Below, in pieces: positions 1-9,002 of a stretch of DNA of 64,000 nucleotides. The notes beneath the pieces were generated by a model. The model saw only the letters and a list, made by a program, of their open reading frames with translations. It was not told the DNA's origin and ran no database searches. A program made the position numbers and the translations under genes. The stretch's first letter is position 1. Each line of letters begins with the position of its first letter. The stretch is from positions 1,906-65,905 of the forward strand of contig JBMYRC010000007.1 of the NCBI GenBank assembly GCA_049601975.1, given 5' to 3'. Origin of the DNA: Alphaproteobacteria bacterium (GTDB lineage: Bacteria > Pseudomonadota > Alphaproteobacteria > UBA8366).

Positions 1-5
1 GCGAA

Positions 6-1994
6 GTGCTGTGGTTGGATCCAGAGAATTGCGACGCATTGCACCTTTTGGGGCTTTGCTATCATGCCCGTAATCAGAACGAAGAAGCGTTGGTTTGGAT
101 GGAGAAGGCAATCAAGATAAAGCCGGGCGAGGCCATGTTCCTGACGAATGCCGGACTTGTCACAATGGCACTGGGAGCACTTTCCGGGGCGGCCGAGAAA
201 TTTGAGGCAGCGCTTCTCGCCAATCCAACGTATTCGGAAGCCTATAATAATTTGGCGCTGGTCCGCGAACGTCAAGGCCGATTGATGGAAGCAAGCGTGT
301 TGCTCGAAAAGGCGACCGTGCTCAATCCACAATCGGCCGTGGCTTATTCGAATCACGGGAATATCCTTCGCGGCCTCGGACAAAATAGTGAGGCAATTGC
401 AGCCTATCGCGAGGCCATTCGTCTCGCTCCGCAATTGGCTGCGGCTTATAATGGTCTCGGCAATGCATTACAGGAGCAAGGTCGTCGCAAGGAAGCGGTC
501 GCGGAATTCGACAAGGCCATAGCTCTGGATGCCAACTATGCCGAAGCATATTTCAATCGTGCGATGACTCATGCGGCGCAGGGTGAGACCGTATTGGCGG
601 ACGCCGGTCTCACGCGTGCTTTGGAGATACGCGATGATGCCAGATTTCGGATCGCTCAAGCCGGTTTAATGCCGGTCATACCGGCGTCTGCCGGCGATAT
701 CGTAATTTGGCGTGCGAGGATGGCGGAGCGCTTCGAAAATACATTACGGGATGTTGCATACGTTTCCGGAGCCCCGACTCAGGTACCGGCAATGAGTTTC
801 TATCTTGCTTATCATGGCGAGAACGACCTGAGTCTGATGGAGAGTCTCGCTCGATTTTATAGACGTCTCTATCCTGACCTGACATGGGAGGCGCCACATT
901 GCGTCTCTCCGGTACCTTGCGACGGAAGGTCGATCCGTATTGGCGTGGTATCACGGTATTTCGGTGAACACGCCGTCACTTGGATGACATATGGATTGAT
1001 GGCGGGGTTGCCCCGCGATCGGTTCAATGTCATCGCCGTGACCTTCTTGAGTGAAGAAGAGAATATCTCATCCCGTATCAAGGATGCGGCGGACGACCTG
1101 GTGGTTATCCCTAAAGACATCCAATTGGGCCGCGAGGCAATCGCCGCTCAATCGTTCGATATCTTATTGTATGCGGATATCGGAATGGAGCCACTCAGTT
1201 ATTATCTCGCGTTCGCGCGGTTGGCGCCCATCCAATGTGTCACCTGGGGGCATCCGGATACCACCGGTCTGGAAACAGTCGACTACTATATCAGCAACAA
1301 TCTGGCGGAGCCGGAGAACGGGCAGGAGAGTTATACGGAAAAACTGGTCCGCCTGGATGGTGTGCAAAGTTGGTATCCGCGAATGCCGAGGCCAAAACAG
1401 CTACCAAACCGTGAATTTCTAGGATTGCCGGAGGAGGGTGGCTTTTATCTGTGCCCCCAAAATTCAATCAAAATTCACCCCGATATGGATGCGGCCCTGG
1501 CGGAGATTTTGGAACGCGACGAGACCGGGCGATTGGTGATCTTTGACAGCGCCGATCCCAATTGGACGCAGCTCTTGCTCGCCCGGTGGTCAGCGGTGTT
1601 CGGTGATAAGTTGGAGCGGGTCCATGTCCTATCCCAACGCTCGCTCGATGAATTCCTGGGCGTGCTTGCTGTCGCCGACGTTGTGCTCGATACATGGCCT
1701 TTCGGTGCTGGAAATACGAACTACCAAACCTTTGCGATGGGCGTGCCCGTCGTGACCTTGCCGGGCCAATGGATTCGTGGGCGGGGTACGATCGCGCATT
1801 ATCAGCATATGGGTATTGAGGACTGTATCGCAGAATCGCCGGAGGAATATGTCGAAATCGCGGTGCGTTTAGGAACCGACCCGGATTTCCGAAATAAAAT
1901 CTCACAAAAAATTTACGATAACGCGTCCGCGGTTTTGGAAGATGAGGTCTGTGTGCGAAGTCTTGCCCGGTTCTTGGAAGAGGTCGCGCCGTGA
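6..1994 (+). CDS. TPR-repeat / GT41 (SPINDLY, O-GlcNAc-transferase-like) glycosyltransferase fusion; 5' end probably upstream of window
   Basis: The frame is open to the window edge. The N-terminal third is 34-aa TPR units (AYNNLALV, AYSNHGNIL, AYNGLGNAL, AYFNRAMT). The C-terminal half has a COG3914/GT41-like pattern: IRIGVVSRYFGEHAV, FDILLYADIGMEP, LAPIQCVTWGHPDTTG, YLCPQNSIKIHP, LDTWPFGAGNT. Confidence 0.8.
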   Translation: MLWLDPENCDALHLLGLCYHARNQNEEALVWMEKAIKIKPGEAMFLTNAGLVTMALGALSGAAEKFEAALLANPTYSEAYNNLALVRERQGRLMEASVLLEKATVLNPQSAVAYSNHGNILRGLGQNSEAIAAYREAIRLAPQLAAAYNGLGNALQEQGRRKEAVAEFDKAIALDANYAEAYFNRAMTHAAQGETVLADAGLTRALEIRDDARFRIAQAGLMPVIPASAGDIVIWRARMAERFENTLRDVAYVSGAPTQVPAMSFYLAYHGENDLSLMESLARFYRRLYPDLTWEAPHCVSPVPCDGRSIRIGVVSRYFGEHAVTWMTYGLMAGLPRDRFNVIAVTFLSEEENISSRIKDAADDLVVIPKDIQLGREAIAAQSFDILLYADIGMEPLSYYLAFARLAPIQCVTWGHPDTTGLETVDYYISNNLAEPENGQESYTEKLVRLDGVQSWYPRMPRPKQLPNREFLGLPEEGGFYLCPQNSIKIHPDMDAALAEILERDETGRLVIFDSADPNWTQLLLARWSAVFGDKLERVHVLSQRSLDEFLGVLAVADVVLDTWPFGAGNTNYQTFAMGVPVVTLPGQWIRGRGTIAHYQHMGIEDCIAESPEEYVEIAVRLGTDPDFRNKISQKIYDNASAVLEDEVCVRSLARFLEEVAP

Positions 1995-4171
1995 CCGATA
2001 TCGGTAAAGCTTTGGGTGAGGCTCGGCGGCTGATTGATGGAGGAGACTACAGCGATGCAGCTACCGTATTGGAGCCATTGGCGGGGATAAGCTTTGAGGC
2101 CGCGATGCTTGCCGGCGTTGCGGCTAGTAGTGCTGGAACGCTGGATAAGGCAGTCGACCACTTTACCCGTGCGATACGGATGTCTCCCGAACATCTGGAG
2201 GCGCGCCTGAATTTGGCACTGACGTTGCGGGCGTTGGGTCGAAATGAGAAAGCTGAGGAAGCGTTACGCTCCGCGCTCGACATCGATGCGAAATCGCTTC
2301 CGGTCAATTTGTCTCTTGGCAATTTGACCATTCAAAAAGGTTTGTTTGGGGAAGCACAGGGTTATTTTTCCGCTGTATTGGCAATTGATCCGACTCACAT
2401 AGGTGCGCTGAATAATCTTGGTATTAGCTTGTCCCGATTGGGGCGATTGGGCGAAGCGGGTACGCGTTTTGAGACGGTAATTAATATTCAGCCAGACAAT
2501 GTGAGTGCGCTTGCCAATCTTGGTGCCATTCGCTCTGAGCAAGGGCGAACGCAAGAAGCGATCAACCTTTTAAGGCGTGTTCTTCTGTTGGCGCCGGATC
2601 AAATCGAAGCGACGAACAATTTAGGTGTGGCCTTATTGGACAAAGGTCGCGTCGGCGAGGCGGCAGCGGTGTTGCGCCCTTTAACCGAGGACGGCCGGGG
2701 AGGGGCCGAGGTGTTTTCCAATCTTGGCAATGCATTAGCCAAATTGGGAGATATCGGTGGAGCGGACGCAGCATACGAACAGGCGTTGGCGCTAAGCCCC
2801 AATCCGGGAATTCGGACCAAGCGAGCCTTGTTGCTCCCGGTGATTTGCCCCTCGGTCGATGCGATGGAGGTCTCGCGCCTCGATTTCGAGCAGCGCGTCG
2901 ATGCCCTGATCAAGGAACCGCCGCAACTCGTTGATCCTTTTGGCGAAGTTGGGGTGCCAATTTTCAATCTGTCGTATCAGGATCACAACAATCGCGACTT
3001 GTTGGCAAAACTATCTGATATGTATCTTGCTGCCTGTCCAAGTCTGGAATTCATCGCGCCGCATTGCAGCAATCCTTCCCCACGTGACGCATCAACACCT
3101 GTACGTATTGGTTTTGTGTCTCGGTTTTTCCAAAGCAATTCCGTCGGGCGGTGTTTCCAAGGGGTTTTGCGATATCCAAACCGTAAAGATGTGGAAGTGG
3201 CGGCGTTTACGTTTACCACCGGTCAGGATCCACTTTGGAAGGCAATCGAAGGTGATGTCGCCAACACAGTAATACTGCCAGCGCATTTGGAAGCGGCTCG
3301 CCAGCGGCTCGCCGAAGAAGCCATGGATGTTCTTGTGTTCACCGATATTGGGATGGATCCGCTCACCTATTATTTGGCGTATAGCCGTTTGGCGCCGTTG
3401 CAATGTGTGTTGGGCGGGCATCCCGATGCGACCGGTCTGCGCAATATAGATGCCTATATCAGCTGCGACATTCAGGAGCCGGCGGATGCGGCGGCTCATT
3501 ATCGGGCTCGCTTGGTAAGGTTACCGGGCGCTCCCACTTACTACGAACGTCCGGAGTTGCCAGCTCCGTTGAAAGGGCGATCCTACTTCGGATTACCAGA
3601 CGGGCGGGCTGTTTATTTTTGCGGTCAGACCCTGATCAAAATTCATCCGAATATGGATGAGCTCTTTATGGGTATTCTGGAACGTGATCCTGGCGGAGTT
3701 ATCGTCTTGCCGGAAGGTTATACGCCGGAGCTCGCTGAATTGCTTCGCCAACGGTTTCGCCGAACAATATCCCAATCGGATGAGCGAATTCGGTTTCTGC
3801 CCGCCATGAGTCATGTCGACTATATGAATGTGATGGCGCTGGCGGACGTCTCCTTGGATACTCGGCCTTTTGGTGGCGGGAACACCAGCTGGCAGGCGAT
3901 TTCCGTGGGTACACCGATGGTCACTTGGCCGGGTGATTATTTGCGCGGTCGTTATACACAAGCACTCTATCGGTTGATGGGCGTTGAGGATGCGATTGCG
4001 AATTCCGCGGCGGATTTCATTGAAAAAGCTGTCCGCTTTGGAACGGATGCGGATTTTTCAACAACCTTTACGGCGCGCATCGAGGCAGCCGCGGGCTCGA
4101 TCTTCGAGGACCGCGTTCATGTCGATGCACTATATAGTTATTTGGTGGATCGGGTCAGGACTGAGCTCTGA
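1991..4171 (+). CDS. TPR-repeat / GT41-like glycosyltransferase fusion (paralogue of preceding gene)
   Basis: The GTG start overlaps the upstream stop (GTGA at 1991-1994). Multiple TPR units are present (ALNNLGISL, ALANLGAI, ATNNLGVAL, VFSNLGNAL). The C-terminal half is collinear with ORF 6-1994: VRIGFVSRFFQSNSV, MDVLVFTDIGMDP, LAPLQCVLGGHPDATG, YFCGQTLIKIHP, LDTRPFGGGNT. Confidence 0.8.
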   Translation: MTDIGKALGEARRLIDGGDYSDAATVLEPLAGISFEAAMLAGVAASSAGTLDKAVDHFTRAIRMSPEHLEARLNLALTLRALGRNEKAEEALRSALDIDAKSLPVNLSLGNLTIQKGLFGEAQGYFSAVLAIDPTHIGALNNLGISLSRLGRLGEAGTRFETVINIQPDNVSALANLGAIRSEQGRTQEAINLLRRVLLLAPDQIEATNNLGVALLDKGRVGEAAAVLRPLTEDGRGGAEVFSNLGNALAKLGDIGGADAAYEQALALSPNPGIRTKRALLLPVICPSVDAMEVSRLDFEQRVDALIKEPPQLVDPFGEVGVPIFNLSYQDHNNRDLLAKLSDMYLAACPSLEFIAPHCSNPSPRDASTPVRIGFVSRFFQSNSVGRCFQGVLRYPNRKDVEVAAFTFTTGQDPLWKAIEGDVANTVILPAHLEAARQRLAEEAMDVLVFTDIGMDPLTYYLAYSRLAPLQCVLGGHPDATGLRNIDAYISCDIQEPADAAAHYRARLVRLPGAPTYYERPELPAPLKGRSYFGLPDGRAVYFCGQTLIKIHPNMDELFMGILERDPGGVIVLPEGYTPELAELLRQRFRRTISQSDERIRFLPAMSHVDYMNVMALADVSLDTRPFGGGNTSWQAISVGTPMVTWPGDYLRGRYTQALYRLMGVEDAIANSAADFIEKAVRFGTDADFSTTFTARIEAAAGSIFEDRVHVDALYSYLVDRVRTEL

Positions 4172-4805
4172 TTCCGGCGGCAACTTGGGCGGCTGGTTCC
4201 GTAATCAGGCGATAGAGAATACTCCAATTCGGCCCTGTCCAAGGATCGAATAGCTTCAGCTCGATACCTTCGCGGGCAAAACTCTCGTGATCGTAGAGAC
4301 GATGTCCGCCCGACAAATTGACGTATTTGTCTGCATTGAACTTGCGGCAGATTTCCATAACACGGTCTTGGCCCGTGAATCCGTTTGGGATTTGCAACGT
4401 GCTGGTCCGCACGGTGTTGAAGGGAAGCCCCATTTCTCGACATGAAACCGACAACAACTGCATGAGATATTCGACGAAGTCACCGGAAGGCGTCAGCATG
4501 GCGTCCTGCAACGGGTGGCGGATGCCGCGCAGGATCGGGAAAACGCCGCAGCGGGTTGCCATGGCCTGCGTTGCATTGTCGGCGAATGCTAGGTCGGCGA
4601 TGCGAACGTTCATCGGACCTTTCGCGAGTGGGAGTGTCAGCCATCGAGCCTGGTTCGCCACACCCGGTAATTGATTCCGGTGAACCCAACCCCGGCGGGG
4701 AAATTGCACACAATCGTATATGCAAACGACGTCTGCCTCCGCGAACAGTCGGAAATATCCGGCGTAAGGAATGAAATACGGCTGCATGACCGCGATAGTG
4801 GTCAT
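4155..4805 (-). CDS. WbqC-family protein (sugar/O-antigen modification-associated, function unknown)
   Basis: The N-terminus MTTIAVMQPYFIPYAGYFRLF...IYDCVQFPRRGWVHRNQL matches the characteristic WbqC family start. The 3' end overlaps the convergent GT41 gene by 17 nt. Confidence 0.7.
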   Translation of the reverse strand: MTTIAVMQPYFIPYAGYFRLFAEADVVCIYDCVQFPRRGWVHRNQLPGVANQARWLTLPLAKGPMNVRIADLAFADNATQAMATRCGVFPILRGIRHPLQDAMLTPSGDFVEYLMQLLSVSCREMGLPFNTVRTSTLQIPNGFTGQDRVMEICRKFNADKYVNLSGGHRLYDHESFAREGIELKLFDPWTGPNWSILYRLITEPAAQVAAGIRAQS

Positions 4806-5097
4806 CGGAACCTTTCAAAGCGGCTGTGTCCTGGATTCAGTTTAGTAGGGAAAACCCAAACATCCCAGCGATCACATTCCGTGGTTGACGTGCCTAGTCG
4901 TGCGGTAAAATCTCATTCTCGATGTTGAATGCGGATAATGATTGGCTGAAAAGAGTGTCGGAGTTTCACCTGAAAGACGACGCTGAAAGGGCGACGGAGA
5001 TATATGGTGCAATACCTGTGGCTCGTCGTGGCAAAGGGCGCGGTGACAAAGACCGGAAAAAAGGCTTAGGCTGTATGCGTGAAGAAATGAAAGCCCT

Positions 5098-6204
5098 ATG
5101 ACCGATCCGCAGATGAAAATTCCACTGATGAGGCCCCGGTTACCGGACCGGCAGGCTCTGGCTTCTTATTTAGCGGAGATCGACAAAAATCGTTGGTATA
5201 GCAATTTCGGACCATTGGAACGCCGGTTCGAGGCTAATTTGGCGGAACATTTTAGGCTCGGCGAACGACAAGTGATTTGTGTTGCGAATGGGACACAAGC
5301 GCTCAGCATCTCGCTAAAGTCCGTAGCTCGATTTCCCGTCGGATATTGCCTCATGCCGTCCTTCACATTTGCCGCGACACCGCACGCGGCGGTATCTGCC
5401 GGTCTTGAGCCTTATTTTCTCGACGTTGATCCCGGGACATGGGCGTTGGATCCGCGCAAACTGTTAAGCTTACTTCCAGAGCTTGATGCGCCCATCGCCG
5501 CCGTCGTGCCCGTCGCGCCGTTCGGAGCTGCGGTAGATGTCGAAGCCTGGGAAGAATTTCAGGATGCGACCGGTATCCCCGTTGTGATTGATGCGGCAGC
5601 GGGATTCGACAATGCTCGATGTGGTGCTTCGCCCGTGATGATCAGCCTGCATGCCACGAAAGTGATGGGAATCGGTGAAGGTGGATTGATCTTGTGTCAG
5701 GACTTACAAATTGCTGAACGCGTCCGAGCTAGTCGAAATTTTGGTTTCATGGGCGAACGAGTCGCGGAGATTCCTGGCATGAACGCGAAATTGAGCGAAT
5801 ACGGAGCGGCGGTGGGGTTAGCGGCGCTTGCGGAATGGCCAGAGACCAGATTAATTTTTCTAGACGTCGCACGGCAGTACCGAGAGGTATTCTCAAATGT
5901 GGCGGGTGTTGATTTTGCGCCTGGGTTTTTAGCCGATAGTGCGAGTTCCACGTGCAACATCGTGTTGGAGAGGCCAATCGCCTCTCATGTGATTGAAGCA
6001 TTGGCCCAAGACGGCATCGAGACGCGTCGCTGGTGGAATTTGGGTTGCCATAACGAACCAGTATTCGCCGGATGTCGGCGAGAAGGGCTCGAGGTAACTG
6101 CGGAACTAGGACAGAGGGTAGTAGGTTTGCCGTTCTATAGAGATCTTAACATCGATCAAATTGAGCGGGTCCGAAATAGCCTTGATCGAGCACTCGACCG
6201 GTAA
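5098..6204 (+). CDS. DegT/DnrJ/EryC1/StrS-family PLP-dependent sugar aminotransferase
   Basis: Length is 368 aa. The N-terminal segment IPLMRPRLP...FGPLERRFEANLAEHF is typical of the family, and SLHATKVMGIGEGG contains the Schiff-base lysine context. It is divergent from the WbqC gene. Confidence 0.75.
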   Translation: MTDPQMKIPLMRPRLPDRQALASYLAEIDKNRWYSNFGPLERRFEANLAEHFRLGERQVICVANGTQALSISLKSVARFPVGYCLMPSFTFAATPHAAVSAGLEPYFLDVDPGTWALDPRKLLSLLPELDAPIAAVVPVAPFGAAVDVEAWEEFQDATGIPVVIDAAAGFDNARCGASPVMISLHATKVMGIGEGGLILCQDLQIAERVRASRNFGFMGERVAEIPGMNAKLSEYGAAVGLAALAEWPETRLIFLDVARQYREVFSNVAGVDFAPGFLADSASSTCNIVLERPIASHVIEALAQDGIETRRWWNLGCHNEPVFAGCRREGLEVTAELGQRVVGLPFYRDLNIDQIERVRNSLDRALDR

Positions 6205-6218
6205 GACTTGCCCGATTT

Positions 6219-6231
6219 GGCAAGAGTTACC
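6219..6231. promoter_or_regulatory. candidate enhancer (UAS) half-palindrome GGCA-N5-TACC(GGG), about 100 bp upstream of the flagellin-1 sigma-54 promoter
   Basis: The sequence reads GGCAAGAGTTACCGGG, one mismatch from the GGCA-N5-TGCC motif seen at 7359, 18450 and 18471. It also overlaps the inverted repeat CTTGCC-N6-GGCAAG (6207-6224). Confidence 0.3.
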
Positions 6232-6290
6232 GGGTAATTCGTGTTCTTACAAATTTCCACAACAAGCCACCCATAAATTTTATCATTTAA

Positions 6291-6303
6291 AATCAAATAG
6301 TTG
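6291..6303 (+). promoter_or_regulatory. IHF-like site (WATCAANNNNTTR)
   Basis: AATCAAATAGTTG matches the consensus exactly and is centred about 50 nt upstream of the predicted start of the flagellin-1 sigma-54 promoter. Confidence 0.3.
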
Positions 6304-6319
6304 TGTAATTTAGCGCGAT

Positions 6320-6334
6320 TGGCACCTGTGTTGC
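6320..6334 (+). promoter_or_regulatory. sigma-54 (-24/-12) promoter of flagellin gene 1
   Basis: TGGCACCTGTGTTGC has GG and GC separated by exactly 10 nt, a near-perfect match to TGGCAC-N5-TTGC. It lies about 108 nt upstream of the ATG. Confidence 0.75.
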
Positions 6335-6441
6335 CATTAACCTTTCTAATGATTCGCGTTGGCTTAGGAAACCGATAAACAAGGTTTGCATTAAACAGCG
6401 CGAAGCCAAGGTGCCAAACAAGCCAGAAAGGAGTTGGCAAA

Positions 6442-7272
6442 ATGGCGGCGGATAAAGTTAACTTGTCACAAGCTGTTCGCGGTAATCTTTTAACGTTGCA
6501 ACAAACAGCAACAACGATCGGTCAAACACAGACGCGTTTGTCGACGGGACTCAAAGTCAATACGGCCCTAGATGATGCTGCGGCGTTCTTTACGGCGCGT
6601 GCACTAGATAACAGGGCCTCGGATCTTAATAGTCTTAAGAGCAATATCGATCTCGCGGTCAGTACCATTCAGGCCGCAATCGACGGTATTGATGCGATTA
6701 CTGACTTGGTACAGCAGGCAAAGGGTCTTGCGAGTAACGCCAAGGCAACCGGTGATACGAACGAACGGTCGACATTGGCGGTTCAGTTTAACGAGCTCTT
6801 GAGCCAGATTGACTCCATTGCGAACGATTCGACATTTAACGGGATCAACCTGTTGCAGGCGTCACCCGATAATCTCGATGTCGTTTTCAATGAGGACAAT
6901 ACCTCGAACCTGACGATTACCGGTCTCGACTCGACGACAGCATCTACGGGTATCAACCTTAGTGTCGCCGGGAATAACTTTGGTGCAAACGCGAATATCG
7001 ATACCGCACTCACGGCGATTTCGGCCGCGCTGGTCACCTTGCGCGGCAATGCGTCAACAATGGGTTCGAGTAATACGATCTTGAAAACCCGCCTCGATTT
7101 CACCCAAAACTTGGTGAATACCCTGGAAGGTGGATCGGGCAAACTGACGCTTGCCGATTTGAACGAGGAAAGTGCGAACTTGTTGGCGCTGCAGACACGC
7201 CAGCAACTGGGCCTCAACTCCCTGTCATTGGCTGCCCAGAGCGAACGCGCAATTCTCAGCCTCTTCGGCTAG
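6442..7272 (+). CDS. fla: flagellin (short alphaproteobacterial type, 276 aa)
   Basis: Conserved flagellin N-terminus (LLTLQQT...QTRLSTGLKVNTALDDAAAFF) and C-terminus (ANLLALQTRQQLGLNSLSLAAQSERAILSLFG). A GGAG RBS lies upstream. Confidence 0.95.
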   Translation: MAADKVNLSQAVRGNLLTLQQTATTIGQTQTRLSTGLKVNTALDDAAAFFTARALDNRASDLNSLKSNIDLAVSTIQAAIDGIDAITDLVQQAKGLASNAKATGDTNERSTLAVQFNELLSQIDSIANDSTFNGINLLQASPDNLDVVFNEDNTSNLTITGLDSTTASTGINLSVAGNNFGANANIDTALTAISAALVTLRGNASTMGSSNTILKTRLDFTQNLVNTLEGGSGKLTLADLNEESANLLALQTRQQLGLNSLSLAAQSERAILSLFG

Positions 7273-7358
7273 CATGAACGAACTGCAAGCTAACCAGAAC
7301 TTATTTGCCGCCGCCCGGGTAATTTTTGCCCAGCGCGGTAGGCAAAAATTTCTGATTT

Positions 7359-7371
7359 GGCAAGATTTGCC
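7359..7371. promoter_or_regulatory. candidate enhancer palindrome GGCA-N5-TGCC upstream of the flagellin-2 promoter
   Basis: GGCAAGATTTGCC. The flanking 12-mer GATTTGGCAAGA is identical to 6214-6225 upstream of flagellin 1. Confidence 0.35.
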
Positions 7372-7428
7372 CAAGCTTCGCCCAGTAATTCAAGGCTAAG
7401 TCTCTTGAATTTATAGATTTTTATTGTT

Positions 7429-7443
7429 TGGCATAGCTGTTGC
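7429..7443 (+). promoter_or_regulatory. sigma-54 (-24/-12) promoter of flagellin gene 2
   Basis: TGGCATAGCTGTTGC with exact GG-N10-GC spacing, about 114 nt upstream of the ATG. Confidence 0.75.
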
Positions 7444-7556
7444 TTTTATGAGAACCGGTTTCGATCACATCGATAGAATGTCGATAATGTCTTAACCGTT
7501 CCATAGCGACCGCAGAAGGCGGTTGTATCCATGTATCCTAGAAAGGGAGCTTTAAC

Positions 7557-8384
7557 ATGGCTGAGTCTGTCAATTTATCACAGTCGGTTCGCACGAACCT
7601 GCTGACACTCCAGCGAACTTCAGGTCTAATTGGTGATACTCAAACCCGTTTGTCGACGGGCTTGAAAGTCAATTCGGCTATTGATGACGCACCGGCGTTC
7701 TTCACTGCGAAAGCGTTGAGCAACGCTGCAAACGATCTCGACTCCTTGAAGTCAAATATTGACTTGGCGGTCAGTACCATTCAATCGGCGATCGACGGTA
7801 TCGACGCGATCACCGAACTGGTCAACCAAGCTAAGGGTCTTGCTAGTAACGCCAAAGCGACTGGTGATACGAACGAGCGCTCGACCTTGGCGGTGCAGTT
7901 CAACGAGCTGCTCAGCCAGATTGATACCATCGCAAATGACTCCAGTTTCAACGGCACGAACCTGCTTCAGGCGACGCCGGACAACCTGGCAGTTGAGTTC
8001 AATACTGCGAACACGAGTAACCTGACGATTACAGGCTTGGACTCGACGACTGCTTCGACCGGTATTAATATTGCCAATGCGGCGAATAACTTCGGCGCCA
8101 ACGGCAATATTGATACAGCGTTGACGGCAATTTCCACCGCGCTTTCGTCCTTGCGGTCGAACGCTTCCACGTTGGGTTCAAATAATACGATCCTTTCGAC
8201 CCGTCTGGACTTCACTGCAAACCTGGTTAATACGCTCGAAGGTGGTGAAGGGAAGCTCACTCTGGCCGATCTCAATGAGGAAAGTGCAAATTTGCTGGCT
8301 CTTCAGACCAGACAGCAGCTGGGTATTAACTCTTTGGCCCTCGCCGCGCAGAGCGAACGGTCAATTCTGGCGCTTTTCGGTTAA
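7557..8384 (+). CDS. fla: flagellin (paralogue, 275 aa)
   Basis: Collinear with the flagellin at 6442-7272, with roughly four fifths of residues identical by eye. Same conserved termini. A GGGAG RBS lies upstream. Confidence 0.95.
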   Translation: MAESVNLSQSVRTNLLTLQRTSGLIGDTQTRLSTGLKVNSAIDDAPAFFTAKALSNAANDLDSLKSNIDLAVSTIQSAIDGIDAITELVNQAKGLASNAKATGDTNERSTLAVQFNELLSQIDTIANDSSFNGTNLLQATPDNLAVEFNTANTSNLTITGLDSTTASTGINIANAANNFGANGNIDTALTAISTALSSLRSNASTLGSNNTILSTRLDFTANLVNTLEGGEGKLTLADLNEESANLLALQTRQQLGINSLALAAQSERSILALFG

Positions 8385-8409
8385 TAGCCCTTGGGTTCGC
8401 TGTAACCCT

Positions 8410-8442
8410 GGCGGGGGCCTTTGGCCCCCGCCTTTCTTTTTT
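8410..8442 (+). terminator. rho-independent terminator after flagellin 2
   Basis: Perfect 10-bp GC stem GGCGGGGGCC-TTT-GGCCCCCGCC followed by TTTCTTTTTT. Confidence 0.85.
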
Positions 8443-8609
8443 CGACGCCCATTTGTCCGTTCTCGCCAGCGTTCTCCGCCTTCACGAGGGCAGATATGTA
8501 AAGTTATCGCGGAACAGGCAGCGGCGTGATATAAATCGACAATATGTTAATTCCTGCGCCGCGGTTTTCCTGCCGGGCGCTCCGTTCCAACTCTGTGCAA
8601 CGGTGCGAA

Positions 8610-9002
8610 ATGCCTCTAAAATTGATCTTGAAACCCGGCGAAAAAGTAATCATAAATCAAGCCGTCGTCCTAAACGGCGGCGAGAAGACTGAACTCGTTC
8701 TGCAGAACAAGGCAAGTGTGCTTCGCGAACGGGATATAATGACGGAAGAGAAAGCGGACAGTCCTGCAAAAAGAATTTATTTTGCAGTACAAATGATGTA
8801 TATTTTTCCTGATAAGGAAAGACACTATCAGGGAAAGTTTAACGAACTAGTCGCCTCTTTCGTTGAAGCTGTACCTAGTTCAAGGCCAATTTTACTTGAT
8901 ATTGGTAGAAAAGTTATTGAAGGTAATCTTTATAGCGCGATGAAAGACTGTAATAAGTTGATGCGCTACGAAGAAGAGGTGCTAACGCATGTCACCCAGT
9001 AG
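8610..9002 (+). CDS. flbT: flagellin translational repressor FlbT
   Basis: MPLKLILKPGEKVIINQAVVLNGGEKTELVLQNKASVLRERDIM...RIYFAVQMMY matches the FlbT family pattern. The ORF track starts at 8544, but the conserved N-terminus begins at the ATG at 8610. Confidence 0.85.
   Translation: MPLKLILKPGEKVIINQAVVLNGGEKTELVLQNKASVLRERDIMTEEKADSPAKRIYFAVQMMYIFPDKERHYQGKFNELVASFVEAVPSSRPILLDIGRKVIEGNLYSAMKDCNKLMRYEEEVLTHVTQ

Noticed and set aside
7303-7345. Imperfect hairpin (TTTGCCGCCGC ... GCGGTAGGCAAA) after flagellin 1 as a terminator
   Set aside because: The stem needs a bulge and a G-U pair, the loop is about 18 nt, and there is no clean U-tract. It may attenuate read-through into flagellin 2, but I cannot support calling it a terminator.
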